Origin: an uncultured Chloroflexia bacterium
GTDB lineage: Bacteria > Chloroflexota > Limnocylindria > Limnocylindrales > CSP1-4
Assembly (NCBI GenBank): GCA_963749705.1
Contig: CAVVNQ010000015.1
Coordinates: 288,001 to 352,000 of the forward strand
Length of the DNA stretch: 64,000 nucleotides
Direction: 5' to 3'
The notes below the pieces were generated by a model. It did not search any database, had not been told where the DNA came from, and was given only the letters and a program-made list of their open reading frames with translations. The position numbers and the translations under genes were made by a program. Of this stretch, positions 33,005 through 42,209 are shown one piece after another; position 1 is the first letter of the stretch; the number at the start of each line of letters is the position of its first letter.

Positions 33005-33121
33005 GGGGGCCATCGGGCGCATCCGGCGGGGCCGCCCGGCCGTCCGACGGGGGCCGCGCGGCCACCCCGCAGGTGCCGAGCAGCCGGGGGAGGCGACGGG
33101 ACCCTCTGGCATCATGGGGCC

Positions 33122-33907
33122 ATGCGCCCGATCGTGATTGCCGCCAACTGGAAGATGAACACCACCCCCGGCGACGCCGGCGAGCTGGCGAGGACCATCG
33201 CGTCCCGAACTCGCGTGCCCGGCCTGACCCGGGTGATCTGCCCACCCTACGTGAGCCTCGGGGCCGTGCGCGACGCGCTGGCCGGAGAGGACGTCGGGGT
33301 CGGTGCCCAGAACATCCACCACGAGCTTGCCGGCGCGTTCACGGGCGAGATCTCGGCGCCGATGGTCGTTGGCCTCGCGACCTGGGTGATCCTCGGCCAC
33401 TCGGAGCGCCGCGCGTACTTCGGCGAGACCGATTCGCTGGTGGGCAAGAAGCTCGACCGCGCGATCGACGCCGGCCTGCGGCCGATCCTGTGCGTCGGCG
33501 AGGTCCTTGCCGACCGTGAGGCTGGGCGCCAGAACGCCATCGTCGACGCGCAGCTGCGCGGTGCCCTCGAGGGCCGCGACCCGGTCGCGCTCGCCGCCGC
33601 CGGCCTGGTCATCGCCTATGAGCCGGTGTGGGCGATCGGGACCGGGCGCAACGCGAGCGGCGCCGATGCCGCGGCGATGGCCGATGCGATCCGGTCCGCG
33701 CTCCGGCCGCTCGGCTGGGGCGGCGCGGCCGAGGCGACACCCGTCCTCTACGGCGGCAGCGTGACCTCCGCGAACATCGGCGACTTCCTGGGCGAGCCCG
33801 CCATCGACGGCGCGCTGATCGGCGGCGCATCGCTCAAGCCGGATGAGATGGCCGGGATCGCCGCCCGGGCCGGGCTGACCGCGGCGGCGCGCGGGCTGGC
33901 CTCGTGA
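33122..33907 (+). CDS. tpiA: Triosephosphate isomerase
   Basis: AANWKMN, GHSERR, AYEPVWAIGTG, LYGGSV, GGASL. Confidence 0.98.
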   Translation: MRPIVIAANWKMNTTPGDAGELARTIASRTRVPGLTRVICPPYVSLGAVRDALAGEDVGVGAQNIHHELAGAFTGEISAPMVVGLATWVILGHSERRAYFGETDSLVGKKLDRAIDAGLRPILCVGEVLADREAGRQNAIVDAQLRGALEGRDPVALAAAGLVIAYEPVWAIGTGRNASGADAAAMADAIRSALRPLGWGGAAEATPVLYGGSVTSANIGDFLGEPAIDGALIGGASLKPDEMAGIAARAGLTAAARGLAS

Positions 33908-35529
33908 CCGCGGACGGGACCGAGACCACCGGCGACAAGCGCGGCGGCGCATCGCCGGGCGACGCGCGACCGCGACCGATCGTGCTCGTCATTCTCGACG
34001 GGTTCGGGATCGGGCACGACCCGACGGCCGACGCCATCGCGGCAGCCCAGATGCCCGTGTGGCGGGACCTCATGGCACGCTGGCCGCACTCGGTCCTGCG
34101 CGCGTCCGAGGACGCGGTCGGCCTGCCCGCCGGCCAGATGGGCAACTCCGAGGTCGGCCACCTCAACCTGGGCGCCGGACGGCCGGTCCTCCAGGACCTG
34201 CCGCGGATCGACGCCGCCATCGCGGACGGGTCATTCTTCGACCGGCCCGCGCTGGTCGCGGCGTGTGATCGCGCACGAGAAACCGGTCGGCTGCACACCG
34301 TCGGCCTGGTGGGGCCGGGCGGGGTCCACGCGCATGACCGGCACCTGATCGCCATGGTCGAGCTGGCCGCCCGCCTGGATGTCCCGTCGGTGCGCGTCCA
34401 CGCGCTGCTCGACGGGCGGGACACGCCCCCGTCCTCCGGGCTCGGGTTCATCCGCGACCTCGAGCAGCGGCTCGCAGCCGCGCACCCGGACGCCCGCGTC
34501 GCGACGGTCGGCGGGCGCTACTGGGCGATGGACCGCGACAAGCGCTGGGACCGCACGGAGCGCGGCTACGACGCCATCGTGCACGGCGTGGGAAACCGTG
34601 CCGAATCCGCCGAGGCGGCGATCGAGGCCGCGTACGCCCGTGGCGAGACCGACGAGTTCGTGGTCCCCACGGTGATCGACGGCATCGACGGCCGCGTCCG
34701 CGACGGGGACCCGATCGTCCATGTCAACTTCCGGGCCGATCGGGCCCGCCAGCTGACCCATGCGCTGGCCGACCCGGAGTTCGACGCGTTCGACCGGACG
34801 GGCCCTGGCGGCGAGCCGGCACCCGCAGACCTGCTCGTGGTCACCATGACCGAGTACGAGGCAGGCCTGCCGGTGGAGGTCGCGTTCGCGCCCGAGGAGG
34901 CCCGATCCCTGGCCGGCGCCTTCTCCGACGCCGGCTGGCGCCAGCTCCACGTTGCCGAGACCGAGAAGTACGCCCACGTGACGTACTTCTTCAATGGCGG
35001 GCGTGAGACGGCGTGGCCCGGCGAGGATCGCCGGCTGGTGCCGTCGCCAAAGGTCGCCACGTACGACCTCCAGCCCGAGATGAGCGCCCCGGGCGTCACC
35101 GACGAGCTGGTCGGCGCCATCGGGTCCGGTGCCTACGACTTCATCGTCGCGAACTACGCCAACCCGGACATGGTCGGCCACACGGGCGTGTGGGATGCGA
35201 CGCTGCGAGCGCTCGAGACGATCGATACCTGCCTGGGCCGTGTCGTCGAGGCGATCGAGCGGGTCGAGGCGGCGGACGCGGCCGGACCCGGTGCGGCCTT
35301 GTTCATCACCGCCGACCACGGCAACGCCGACGAGCTCCGCGATCACGACGGCAAGCCGGTGACCGCCCACTCGCTCAACCCGGTGCCGCTGGTCGCGATC
35401 GGCCGGTCGCTCGCCGGCCGGTCGCTCCGTGACGGCGTCCTGGCCGACGTCGCGCCCACGATCCTCGACACCGCGGGCCTGCCACGATGGGACGAGATGA
35501 CCGGGCGATCGCTGCTCCGACCCGCCTGA
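33904..35529 (+). CDS. gpmI: 2,3-bisphosphoglycerate-independent phosphoglycerate mutase
   Basis: ILDGFG, MGNSEVGH, DGRDT, AETEKYAHVT, NPDMVGHTG, TADHGN. Confidence 0.97.
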   Translation: MTADGTETTGDKRGGASPGDARPRPIVLVILDGFGIGHDPTADAIAAAQMPVWRDLMARWPHSVLRASEDAVGLPAGQMGNSEVGHLNLGAGRPVLQDLPRIDAAIADGSFFDRPALVAACDRARETGRLHTVGLVGPGGVHAHDRHLIAMVELAARLDVPSVRVHALLDGRDTPPSSGLGFIRDLEQRLAAAHPDARVATVGGRYWAMDRDKRWDRTERGYDAIVHGVGNRAESAEAAIEAAYARGETDEFVVPTVIDGIDGRVRDGDPIVHVNFRADRARQLTHALADPEFDAFDRTGPGGEPAPADLLVVTMTEYEAGLPVEVAFAPEEARSLAGAFSDAGWRQLHVAETEKYAHVTYFFNGGRETAWPGEDRRLVPSPKVATYDLQPEMSAPGVTDELVGAIGSGAYDFIVANYANPDMVGHTGVWDATLRALETIDTCLGRVVEAIERVEAADAAGPGAALFITADHGNADELRDHDGKPVTAHSLNPVPLVAIGRSLAGRSLRDGVLADVAPTILDTAGLPRWDEMTGRSLLRPA

Positions 35530-35606
35530 CCGACGCACCCGATCCGGGCCGGGCGGAAAGGTCTGGTACCATCCGGCACCGTTACACCTCGGAGGTCAGC
35601 CAGCTC

Positions 35607-35828
35607 GTGAACCCCCTCCTGGCCATCGGCCAGCTCCTGCTCAGCGTGGGCCTTGTCGCCGCCATCCTGCTCCAGGCCCGCGGTACCGGCCTGTCCGGCA
35701 CGTTCGGTGGCGACTCCGGCGTCTACCGCAGCCGGCGGGGGATCGAGCGCCGTCTGTGGCAGTTCACGATCCTGTTGCTCGCGCTGTTCGTGCTGTTCGC
35801 GCTGGCGGCGTTCCTGTTCGTCAAGTAG
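35607..35828 (+). CDS. secG: Preprotein translocase subunit SecG
   Basis: ILLQARGTGLSGTFGG...RRGIE, two TM helices; GGAGG RBS and TACCAT -10 upstream. Confidence 0.92.
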   Translation: MNPLLAIGQLLLSVGLVAAILLQARGTGLSGTFGGDSGVYRSRRGIERRLWQFTILLLALFVLFALAAFLFVK

Positions 35829-35874
35829 GGCGCGGCACCACGCCGGGCAGAGCCCCAACGCACCGCATGTCCCG

Positions 35875-37593
35875 ATGACCGGCCGCGATCGCGCGGTCGT
35901 CGCCGTCCTGGTGCTCCTGCTCGCCGGTCTCGGCGGCGTGCTGTCGATGCCGGACACGACGCCCGTTGCCAGCGTCGGGCAGCAGACGCCCGAGCCCACC
36001 ATCGCCCCGCTGGCGCCCTATCGCGAGGGCATCGTCGGCGCGCCGTCGTCGATCACGCCGGTGACCGCGCGTTCGCGGACCGAGCGGACGCTCGTGGGGC
36101 TGGTGTTCAGCGGCCTGGTGCGGCTGGGGCCCGGCAACACGTTCGAGCCTGACCTCGCCAGGTCCTGGTCCGTGGACGACACGGGCAAGGTATGGACGTT
36201 CCATATCCGCGACGACGCCACCTGGCAGGACGGCGTCCCGGTGACGGCCGCCGACGTGGTGTACACGATCGAGGCGCTCAAGAGCCCGTATTCGGCCGGG
36301 GCCCTGTCCTCGTCGTGGGCGGAGGTCGAGGCCAGCGCCGTGGACGACACGACCGTCCAGTTCACGCTCGCGACCCCGATCGGCGGCTTCCTCGCGGCCG
36401 CGACGCAGCCACTGCTGCCGTTCCACCTCCTTGCGGACGTCCCGTTCTCCGATCTGGCGACCAGCCCGTTTGCGCTCCAGCCCGTCGGGACCGGTCCCTA
36501 CGCGCTGACCGACCTCAATTCGACCCGGGCCGTGCTCACGCCGACCGCGCTGACGATGCCGCTCCAGGATCCGGGGCCGACGGTATCGCCCGACTCGCTG
36601 GCTTCGCCGGGTCCGATCGCCACGCCGGCCGGGCCGGTGCCGTACCTGGAGCAGATCGAGATCCACTTCTACGACGACGCCGCCACGCTCGCGGAGGGGC
36701 TGCGGTCCGGCGAGGTCGACGCGGCCAGCGGGCTGCCGCCCGACCAGATCGCGGCACTCGAACCGGTCACCGGCATCACCGCCGTGCGCTACCCGACGAC
36801 GACGCTGTCCTCGGTGCTGCTCGACCTGCGTCCGGCACATGCGGAGCTGCGCGACCAGCGCGTGCGCCGGGCGCTGCTGACGGCCATCGACCGCGACACC
36901 CTCGTGTCCACGGTGATGGGCGGTGACGCCGTGCGCGCGGATGCGCTCGTCCCCCCGAGCTCGTGGGCGTTCGACGCCGAGGCCGCGAAGTCCGTCACGT
37001 ACAGCACCAAGCGGGCCGCGACCCTGCTCACCGACGCGGGCTGGCAAAAGAAGGGCGGCGCCTGGATGGCCCCGGGCGGAAAGGAGCCCTATCGGATCGA
37101 GGTGCTCAGCGTGCCCGCGGACGCCAACCCACGGCTGGCGGCGGTTGCCGCGTACGTTCGGGACGCCTGGACGGCGCTCGGGCTCAAGGTCGATACGGTT
37201 GAGCTGCCCGCGTCGGAGCTCGCCTCGCGACTGCGCGAGGGGTCCTTCGGAGCCGCCGTCGTGGACATCGCGATGGGGCTCGAGCCGGATCTCTACCCGC
37301 TGCTCGCATCGACCCAGGTCCGGGGATCCGGGTCGAACCTGTCCGGCTACCAGGAGGCGGCCCTGGACCCGCTGCTCGAGGCGGCCCGGGCACCGGGAAC
37401 CGCCGATGAGCGCACCGCGGCGTGGAAGGCGCTCCTGACCGCGCTGGACGAGCGCCAGCCGATCCTGCCGCTTGCCTGGGCCGACGATGTCGTGCTGGTC
37501 AAGGGGGTTGATGGGATGGCCCCGCGACTCATCTCCGGCCCGGGCGATCAATTCTGGGATGTGCTAGCATGGCGCCTCGCTGCGGACCGGTGA
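35875..37593 (+). CDS. Family 5 (peptide/nickel-type) solute-binding protein, N-terminally anchored, no adjacent permease
   Basis: LVFSGLV..PDLARSW..WTFHIRDDATWQDGVPVTAADVVYT, PVGTGPY, VRRALLTAIDR. Confidence 0.9.
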   Translation: MTGRDRAVVAVLVLLLAGLGGVLSMPDTTPVASVGQQTPEPTIAPLAPYREGIVGAPSSITPVTARSRTERTLVGLVFSGLVRLGPGNTFEPDLARSWSVDDTGKVWTFHIRDDATWQDGVPVTAADVVYTIEALKSPYSAGALSSSWAEVEASAVDDTTVQFTLATPIGGFLAAATQPLLPFHLLADVPFSDLATSPFALQPVGTGPYALTDLNSTRAVLTPTALTMPLQDPGPTVSPDSLASPGPIATPAGPVPYLEQIEIHFYDDAATLAEGLRSGEVDAASGLPPDQIAALEPVTGITAVRYPTTTLSSVLLDLRPAHAELRDQRVRRALLTAIDRDTLVSTVMGGDAVRADALVPPSSWAFDAEAAKSVTYSTKRAATLLTDAGWQKKGGAWMAPGGKEPYRIEVLSVPADANPRLAAVAAYVRDAWTALGLKVDTVELPASELASRLREGSFGAAVVDIAMGLEPDLYPLLASTQVRGSGSNLSGYQEAALDPLLEAARAPGTADERTAAWKALLTALDERQPILPLAWADDVVLVKGVDGMAPRLISGPGDQFWDVLAWRLAADR

Positions 37594-37628
37594 GTCTTCG
37601 GGCGCCCCGATCCGCGTGCCGGCTCCGC

Positions 37629-37715
37629 GCCGAGGTGGCGAAATTGGCAGACGCGCTAGCTTCAGGAGCTAGTGCCCGCAAGGGCGTATGGGTTCAAGTC
37701 CCTTCCTCGGTACCA
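37629..37715 (+). tRNA. tRNA-Leu(CAG)
   Basis: Anticodon arm CTAGC-TTCAGGA-GCTAG, long variable arm, TTCAAGT T-loop, encoded CCA. Confidence 0.96.
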
Positions 37716-37758
37716 CGCCCCCTTATGTGAGGAATCCAGCCGGCAGGCGGTAACACTG

Positions 37759-37843
37759 GCCCAGGTGGCGGAATTGGTATACGCGTACGTTTGAGGGGCG
37801 TATGAGGCAACTCATCCGGGTTCAAGTCCCGGCCTGGGCACCA
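37759..37843 (+). tRNA. tRNA-Leu(GAG)
   Basis: TACGT-TTGAGGG-GCGTA anticodon arm, long variable arm, CCA. Confidence 0.96.
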
Positions 37844-37912
37844 CACTCCTGAACCTTCTGCGGGCGGCCGGTGGCCGCCCGTTCGTCGTTCCGAGCACGA
37901 TCGGCGTCACCC

Positions 37913-37989
37913 GGGCGGTTAGCTCAGCTGGTCAGAGCGCCTCGTTTACACCGAGGAGGCCGGAGGTTCGAGTCCTCCACCGCCCACCA
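37913..37989 (+). tRNA. tRNA-Val(TAC)
   Basis: CCTCG-TTTACAC-CGAGG anticodon arm, CCA. Confidence 0.96.
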
Positions 37990-38102
37990 ACTCCCGCGGG
38001 CCGGGTGGCCGGCCCCGATCGGCCGAGCGGCCATTACCCCGTCCGACGGCCACGGTATGCTGAACACAGGGCACGGCGCCCGTGCGCACTCGAGGAGACC
38101 GA

Positions 38103-38672
38103 ATGGATCTGACCCTGATCGTCATCGTCGCGATCGTCGTCGTCATCGTCCTGTTCGTCGTCGGCATCTACAACGGCCTCGTCACCCGGCGCAACCGGAT
38201 CGACGAAGCCTTCTCCCAGATCGAGGTCCAGCTCAAGCGACGGCACGACCTGATCCCGAACCTCGTCCAGGCCGTGAAGGGCTACATGGGGTTCGAGCAG
38301 GACGTCCTGACCAGGGTCACCGAGGCTCGTGCCAACGCCGTGGCGGCGGGGGCGAAGGGCCCGGCGGAGCAGGCGGCCGCGGAGAACGCCCTGACCGGCA
38401 CCCTGCGCTCGCTGTTCGCCGTCGTCGAAAACTATCCGGAGCTCAAGGCGAACCAGAACGTCATCCAGCTCCAGGAGCAGCTGACCACGACCGAGAACCA
38501 GATCAGCTTCTCGCGCCAGCACTACAACGCGACCGTGCTGGACTACAACAACTCGATCCAGACGATCCCGGCCGTGCTGATCGCGGGGCCGATGGGCTTC
38601 ACCAAGCGCGAGTTCTTCGACGCCGAGCCCGAGGCGAGCGAGGTTCCCAACGTCGATCTCAGCCTGAAGTGA
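38103..38672 (+). CDS. lemA: LemA family protein
   Basis: TM helix, YNGLV, QLKRRHDLIPNLV, ENYPELKAN. Confidence 0.95.
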   Translation: MDLTLIVIVAIVVVIVLFVVGIYNGLVTRRNRIDEAFSQIEVQLKRRHDLIPNLVQAVKGYMGFEQDVLTRVTEARANAVAAGAKGPAEQAAAENALTGTLRSLFAVVENYPELKANQNVIQLQEQLTTTENQISFSRQHYNATVLDYNNSIQTIPAVLIAGPMGFTKREFFDAEPEASEVPNVDLSLK

Positions 38673-38707
38673 TCGAACGGCGCCTGGCGCCGCGCTGAGC
38701 AACCACC

Positions 38708-39730
38708 ATGGCGACCTTCTACGACCAGATCGGCGCGAACCGCCGGAACTCGGTCCTGCTTGCCCTTGCGGTCATCGTCCTGCTGGGCCTCCTGGGCATG
38801 CTCATCGGCTGGGCGGTCACCGGTGATCCCCGTGCGGCGCTGCCGTCGACGGGGATCGCCATCGCCGTCGGCCTCGCCGCGTCCCTGTTCTCGTACTTCC
38901 TGGGCGACTCGCTGGTCCTCGCGACCTCGGGCGCCAAGGAGGTCACGGCGCAGGACCAGCCACAGCTGATCAACGTGGTCCAGGAGATGGCGATCGCGGC
39001 CAACGTGCCGATGCCCAAGGTCTACCTGATCAACGACACCGCACCCAACGCCTTCGCCACCGGCCGCGACCCGGCGCACGCGTCCGTCGCGATCACGATC
39101 GGCCTGCTCCAGAAGCTGGATCGCGAGGAGCTGCAGGGCGTCATGGCGCACGAGCTGTCGCACGTGCGCAACTTCGACATCCGCTTCTCGCTCATGGTCG
39201 GCGTGCTGGTCGGGTCGATCGCGCTGCTCGCCGACTTCTTCCTGCGGTTCACGTTCTGGGGCGGCGGCTCGCGCGGCTCGAGCCGGGATCGCAACTCGGG
39301 CGGCGGCGGTCTCCAGGTGATCGTGTTCGTGCTCGCGATCGTGCTCGCCATCCTGGCCCCGATCATGGCCCGGCTGGTCCAGATGGCGGTCAGCCGCCAG
39401 CGCGAATACCTCGCCGATGCCTCGGGCGTCGAGCTGACCCGGAACCCGGCGGGCCTGGAGCGCGCGCTGGCCAAGATCGCGCTCGACACCGAGCCGCTGG
39501 AGGTCGCCAATCGGGCGACCCAGCACCTGTACTTCGAGAACCCCGTGAAGGGCGTGAGCGGCCGCAAGTCCGACCTGTTCTCGACCCACCCGCCCGTCCT
39601 GGACCGGATCAACCGGCTTCGCCAGCTGAGCGGACAGCCACCGCTTCCCCGGCCCGAGCTCGCCCTCGATCCGGCCGCGCAGGGCGCCGCGCTCGGCGTG
39701 CCCGGCGGTCCGCCGGCGGGGAGCCGATAG
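38708..39730 (+). CDS. htpX: M48 zinc metalloprotease HtpX
   Basis: PNAFATG, AHELSH, SRQREYLADA, FSTHPP; lemA-htpX pair. Confidence 0.93.
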   Translation: MATFYDQIGANRRNSVLLALAVIVLLGLLGMLIGWAVTGDPRAALPSTGIAIAVGLAASLFSYFLGDSLVLATSGAKEVTAQDQPQLINVVQEMAIAANVPMPKVYLINDTAPNAFATGRDPAHASVAITIGLLQKLDREELQGVMAHELSHVRNFDIRFSLMVGVLVGSIALLADFFLRFTFWGGGSRGSSRDRNSGGGGLQVIVFVLAIVLAILAPIMARLVQMAVSRQREYLADASGVELTRNPAGLERALAKIALDTEPLEVANRATQHLYFENPVKGVSGRKSDLFSTHPPVLDRINRLRQLSGQPPLPRPELALDPAAQGAALGVPGGPPAGSR

Positions 39731-39834
39731 GCGCCCGCCGGGGCGCAGTCCGGGGCCCGCGCTCCTTGCCGCTCGAACGGGGCCCATGGTATTCTGCGCC
39801 GCGCCGACGGACCCCCGTGGGAGTCCGGGACCGG

Positions 39835-39910
39835 GCCGAGATAGCTCAGTTGGTAGAGCACGCGACTGAAAATCGCGGTGTCGCCAGTTCGAATCTGGCT
39901 CTCGGCACCA
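39835..39910 (+). tRNA. tRNA-Phe(GAA)
   Basis: CGCGA-CTGAAAA-TCGCG anticodon arm, CCA. Confidence 0.96.
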
Positions 39911-39930
39911 ACCTCGCGTCGGCACATCGA

Positions 39931-40006
39931 GCGGAAGTGGCTCAGTTGGTAGAGCATCACCTTGCCAAGGTGAGGGTCGCGGGTTCGAGTCCCGTCTTCC
40001 GCTCCA
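39931..40006 (+). tRNA. tRNA-Gly(GCC)
   Basis: TCACC-TTGCCAA-GGTGA anticodon arm, CCA. Confidence 0.96.
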
Positions 40007-40041
40007 TTCCCCCCATACTTGTGATCGACTTCCGGCACCGC

Positions 40042-40115
40042 TGCCCCTTCGTCTAGTGGTAGGACAGCGGACTTTGGATCCGTTAGCCGAGGTTCGAATC
40101 CTCGAGGGGCAGCCA
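40042..40115 (+). tRNA. tRNA-Gln(TTG)
   Basis: GCGGA-CTTTGGA-TCCGT anticodon arm, U1-A72, CCA. Confidence 0.95.
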
Positions 40116-40151
40116 ACCTGACAACATCGCCGGCGCCCGAGGCCGGCCCGG

Positions 40152-40228
40152 GGCGACGTGGCGAAGTGGCCTAACGCGGGGGTCTGCAAAACCCTTATTC
40201 ATCGGTTCGAATCCGATCGTCGCCTCCA
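40152..40228 (+). tRNA. tRNA-Cys(GCA)
   Basis: GGGGT-CTGCAAA-ACCCT anticodon arm, U73 discriminator, CCA. Confidence 0.95.
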
Positions 40229-40242
40229 CCATTCCGAGCTCA

Positions 40243-40270
40243 GGACCGCTCCTCCGGGAGCGGTTCCGTT
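40243..40270 (+). terminator. Probable terminator of the Phe-Gly-Gln-Cys tRNA operon
   Basis: ACCGCTCC-TCCG-GGAGCGGT stem-loop followed by TCCGTT. Confidence 0.65.
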
Positions 40271-40647
40271 GTATGGCGCCCGGACGGGCTTCCAGCTTCG
40301 CGCCACGACCTCACGACGATGCCCGCCGCCTCACCTCGTCGTCGCGCAGGTCCGCGAGTCGAGGCACCGCCGGTGCATCGGCAATCCGGCGGTGGGGCAT
40401 GCGGCCTCGTCGTCGTGGGGCGCCCCGCGGAGGCGGGTGACATCTCGCCGTGATGCCGCTGCAACCTCCACGCGCGTGCGTGCGACCGGGTCCGGGCCTG
40501 CCCCCGCTGCCTCGACGGTCGCCGATACTGCCATCCACCGCGGATGGCGGTGGTAGTCAGGCCTGTGTCACCGAAATCAGCCGTCGGCGGATCCGAGCGT
40601 GCTCTGCCGGGATGCCTCGCACCGGCTCGGATGGCCTCAGCATCGCC

Positions 40648-40725
40648 TAGCACCGGTCGCGGCGGTATCTGACAGGAGATTCGGCAGCATCCGCCGATAG
40701 CACCGGGACACGCGGTATCCGACAG
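40648..40725. repeat. Two degenerate 28-bp direct repeats with 50-bp period
   Basis: TAGCACCGG-N5-GCGGTATC-Y-GACAG at 40648-40675 and 40698-40725. Confidence 0.7.
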
Positions 40726-40884
40726 AACCGGAATGGGCGCTTGCGTCGCCTTACCGGACGAGGACCAGGAGCCGGCAGTGCCTCACATCGCGGCGAACCG
40801 CCGGGGTGGGGAAGGCGGCGGAGCACAGGACCGACAGGCGGCCAGCCGGCGTCGTACCATGCGCCGAGCCCGCGATGGGCTCGC

Positions 40885-40971
40885 GCCGAGGTGGCGGAAC
40901 CGGCAGACGCTGCGGTCTTAAACACCGCTGGGGGCAACCCCGTTCGGGTTCGAATCCCGACCTCGGCACCA
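40885..40971 (+). tRNA. tRNA-Leu(TAA), stand-alone
   Basis: GCGGT-CTTAAAC-ACCGC anticodon arm, long variable arm, CCA; TACCAT at 40855-40860. Confidence 0.95.
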
Positions 40972-41056
40972 CAATCCGTGATCGTCGTGCGCGGCGCCCG
41001 GAACGCCGGAGAGCCGCCCCCGCAGCGTCTGACACCGAACGCGGTACCCTGAACCA

Positions 41057-41068
41057 GAACGCATGTTC
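41057..41068. promoter_or_regulatory. Orphan LexA SOS box
   Basis: GAACgcatGTTC, 6 nt downstream of a TACCCT -10-like hexamer (41045-41050). Confidence 0.65.
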
Positions 41069-41151
41069 GATATGAGGGTGGCGCAGATGGCTGACTGGAT
41101 CGTCTCACCGACGACGGAGGCGCGCTTGCATCGCGCGCCTACCATGACGCC

Positions 41152-41424
41152 ATGGACAGCGAGCGCACACCGGCCTACTGGCCGACCCGTATCCTGCTCG
41201 CCGTCGGCTTCGTCGCTGCCGCCATCGAGGTCGCGCTGGCATTCACGCTGATCCTGGCAGCGCCGCCGATGTTCGGCTCGGAGCCGACGGCCTTGGGGCT
41301 CCCGTACCGCGTTGTGCAGGGCCTCGTCGGCGTTGCCGCCGCGATGATCGGCCTGGTCTGGATGATCCGGATCTTCCGCGGGCCGCGCGATCAGCCGCCT
41401 CGCTGGCGCTATCGCAACCGCTGA
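41152..41424 (+). CDS. Small two-TM hypothetical membrane protein (90 aa)
   Basis: Two hydrophobic helices, basic C-tail PPRWRYRNR; TACCAT 6 nt before ATG. Confidence 0.75.
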   Translation: MDSERTPAYWPTRILLAVGFVAAAIEVALAFTLILAAPPMFGSEPTALGLPYRVVQGLVGVAAAMIGLVWMIRIFRGPRDQPPRWRYRNR

Positions 41425-41458
41425 TCCGGCCAGCAAGAACCGTTCGCGGCCCGATGAG

Positions 41459-41626
41459 CTACGTGGTGTCCCGTTGCGCTCGGACGAAGAGGACGACCCC
41501 GGCGATCATCAGCGGCACGCCGACGACGGCGCCGACGAGCACGTCGTCGCGAGCCACGGCCAACACGACGATCAGGATCACGCCGATGACGACGAGTGCC
41601 GGTCCGACCGCCTGTTCACGTTGCAC
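41459..41626 (-). CDS. Small two-TM membrane protein (55 aa), absent from the ORF track
   Basis: Hand translation MQREQAVGPALVVIGVILIVVLAVARDDVLVGAVVGVPLMIAGVVLFVRAQRDTT; TACTGT 6 nt before GTG; high GC3. Confidence 0.72.
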   Translation of the reverse strand: MQREQAVGPALVVIGVILIVVLAVARDDVLVGAVVGVPLMIAGVVLFVRAQRDTT

Positions 41627-41750
41627 GACGCCACAGTAACAGTCCGATCCGAGATGGCCGCCGTCACTCGGTCGTGGGTTTGGCGTCCATTTGCTCGTAC
41701 TTGCCCAGTCATCCTCCGCGAGCCGGCAGGACGCCTGGGCCGCGCCCGCG

Positions 41751-42209
41751 CTAGGCGTCCAGCGGCGAGAAGCGTTCGACGAGCTCAGCTCGCCATGCCG
41801 GCGCCTCGAACGGTGCCGCGTACCAGGACGTGGTCCTGGCGATCTTGCCCTGGCGAAGCTCGATGATCTGGATCATCTGCCACGTCTCGCCGTTCGCGTA
41901 GGTCGCGGTCCCGACGTAGGTGTAGACGTCACCCGATCCTTCGATGCGCTGCACGGTGAAGCTCGGCGTCAGCACCCAGCGGTCCTCCGCACTCACCAGT
42001 CGTGTGCTCTTCGGATCGATCGTTCCGACCCCTCCGGGGTAGTTGCGCAAGAGGGCGAGCTGGTTCGCCTTGCCTCGGACGCGTTCCCCTGACTGCGGCA
42101 TCTCATCGACGAAGTCGTCGGTGACGAGCAGCGCCATGGCGTCGAAATCCTTGTCATTCAAGGCGCGCGCGTAGCGCTCGACGATTGCTCGACCGCTGGG
42201 GTCAGTCAT
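41751..42209 (-). CDS. SnoaL/NTF2-like family protein
   Basis: IVERYARALNDKDFDAMALLV..PQSGERVRG..IIELRQGKI; GGAGG RBS before ATG 42209. Confidence 0.85.
   Translation of the reverse strand: MTDPSGRAIVERYARALNDKDFDAMALLVTDDFVDEMPQSGERVRGKANQLALLRNYPGGVGTIDPKSTRLVSAEDRWVLTPSFTVQRIEGSGDVYTYVGTATYANGETWQMIQIIELRQGKIARTTSWYAAPFEAPAWRAELVERFSPLDA

Noticed and set aside
41063-41251. 62-aa ORF starting inside the orphan SOS box
   Set aside because: Overlaps the better-supported 41152 gene in a shadow frame; MADWIV as a dinB remnant is too short to support
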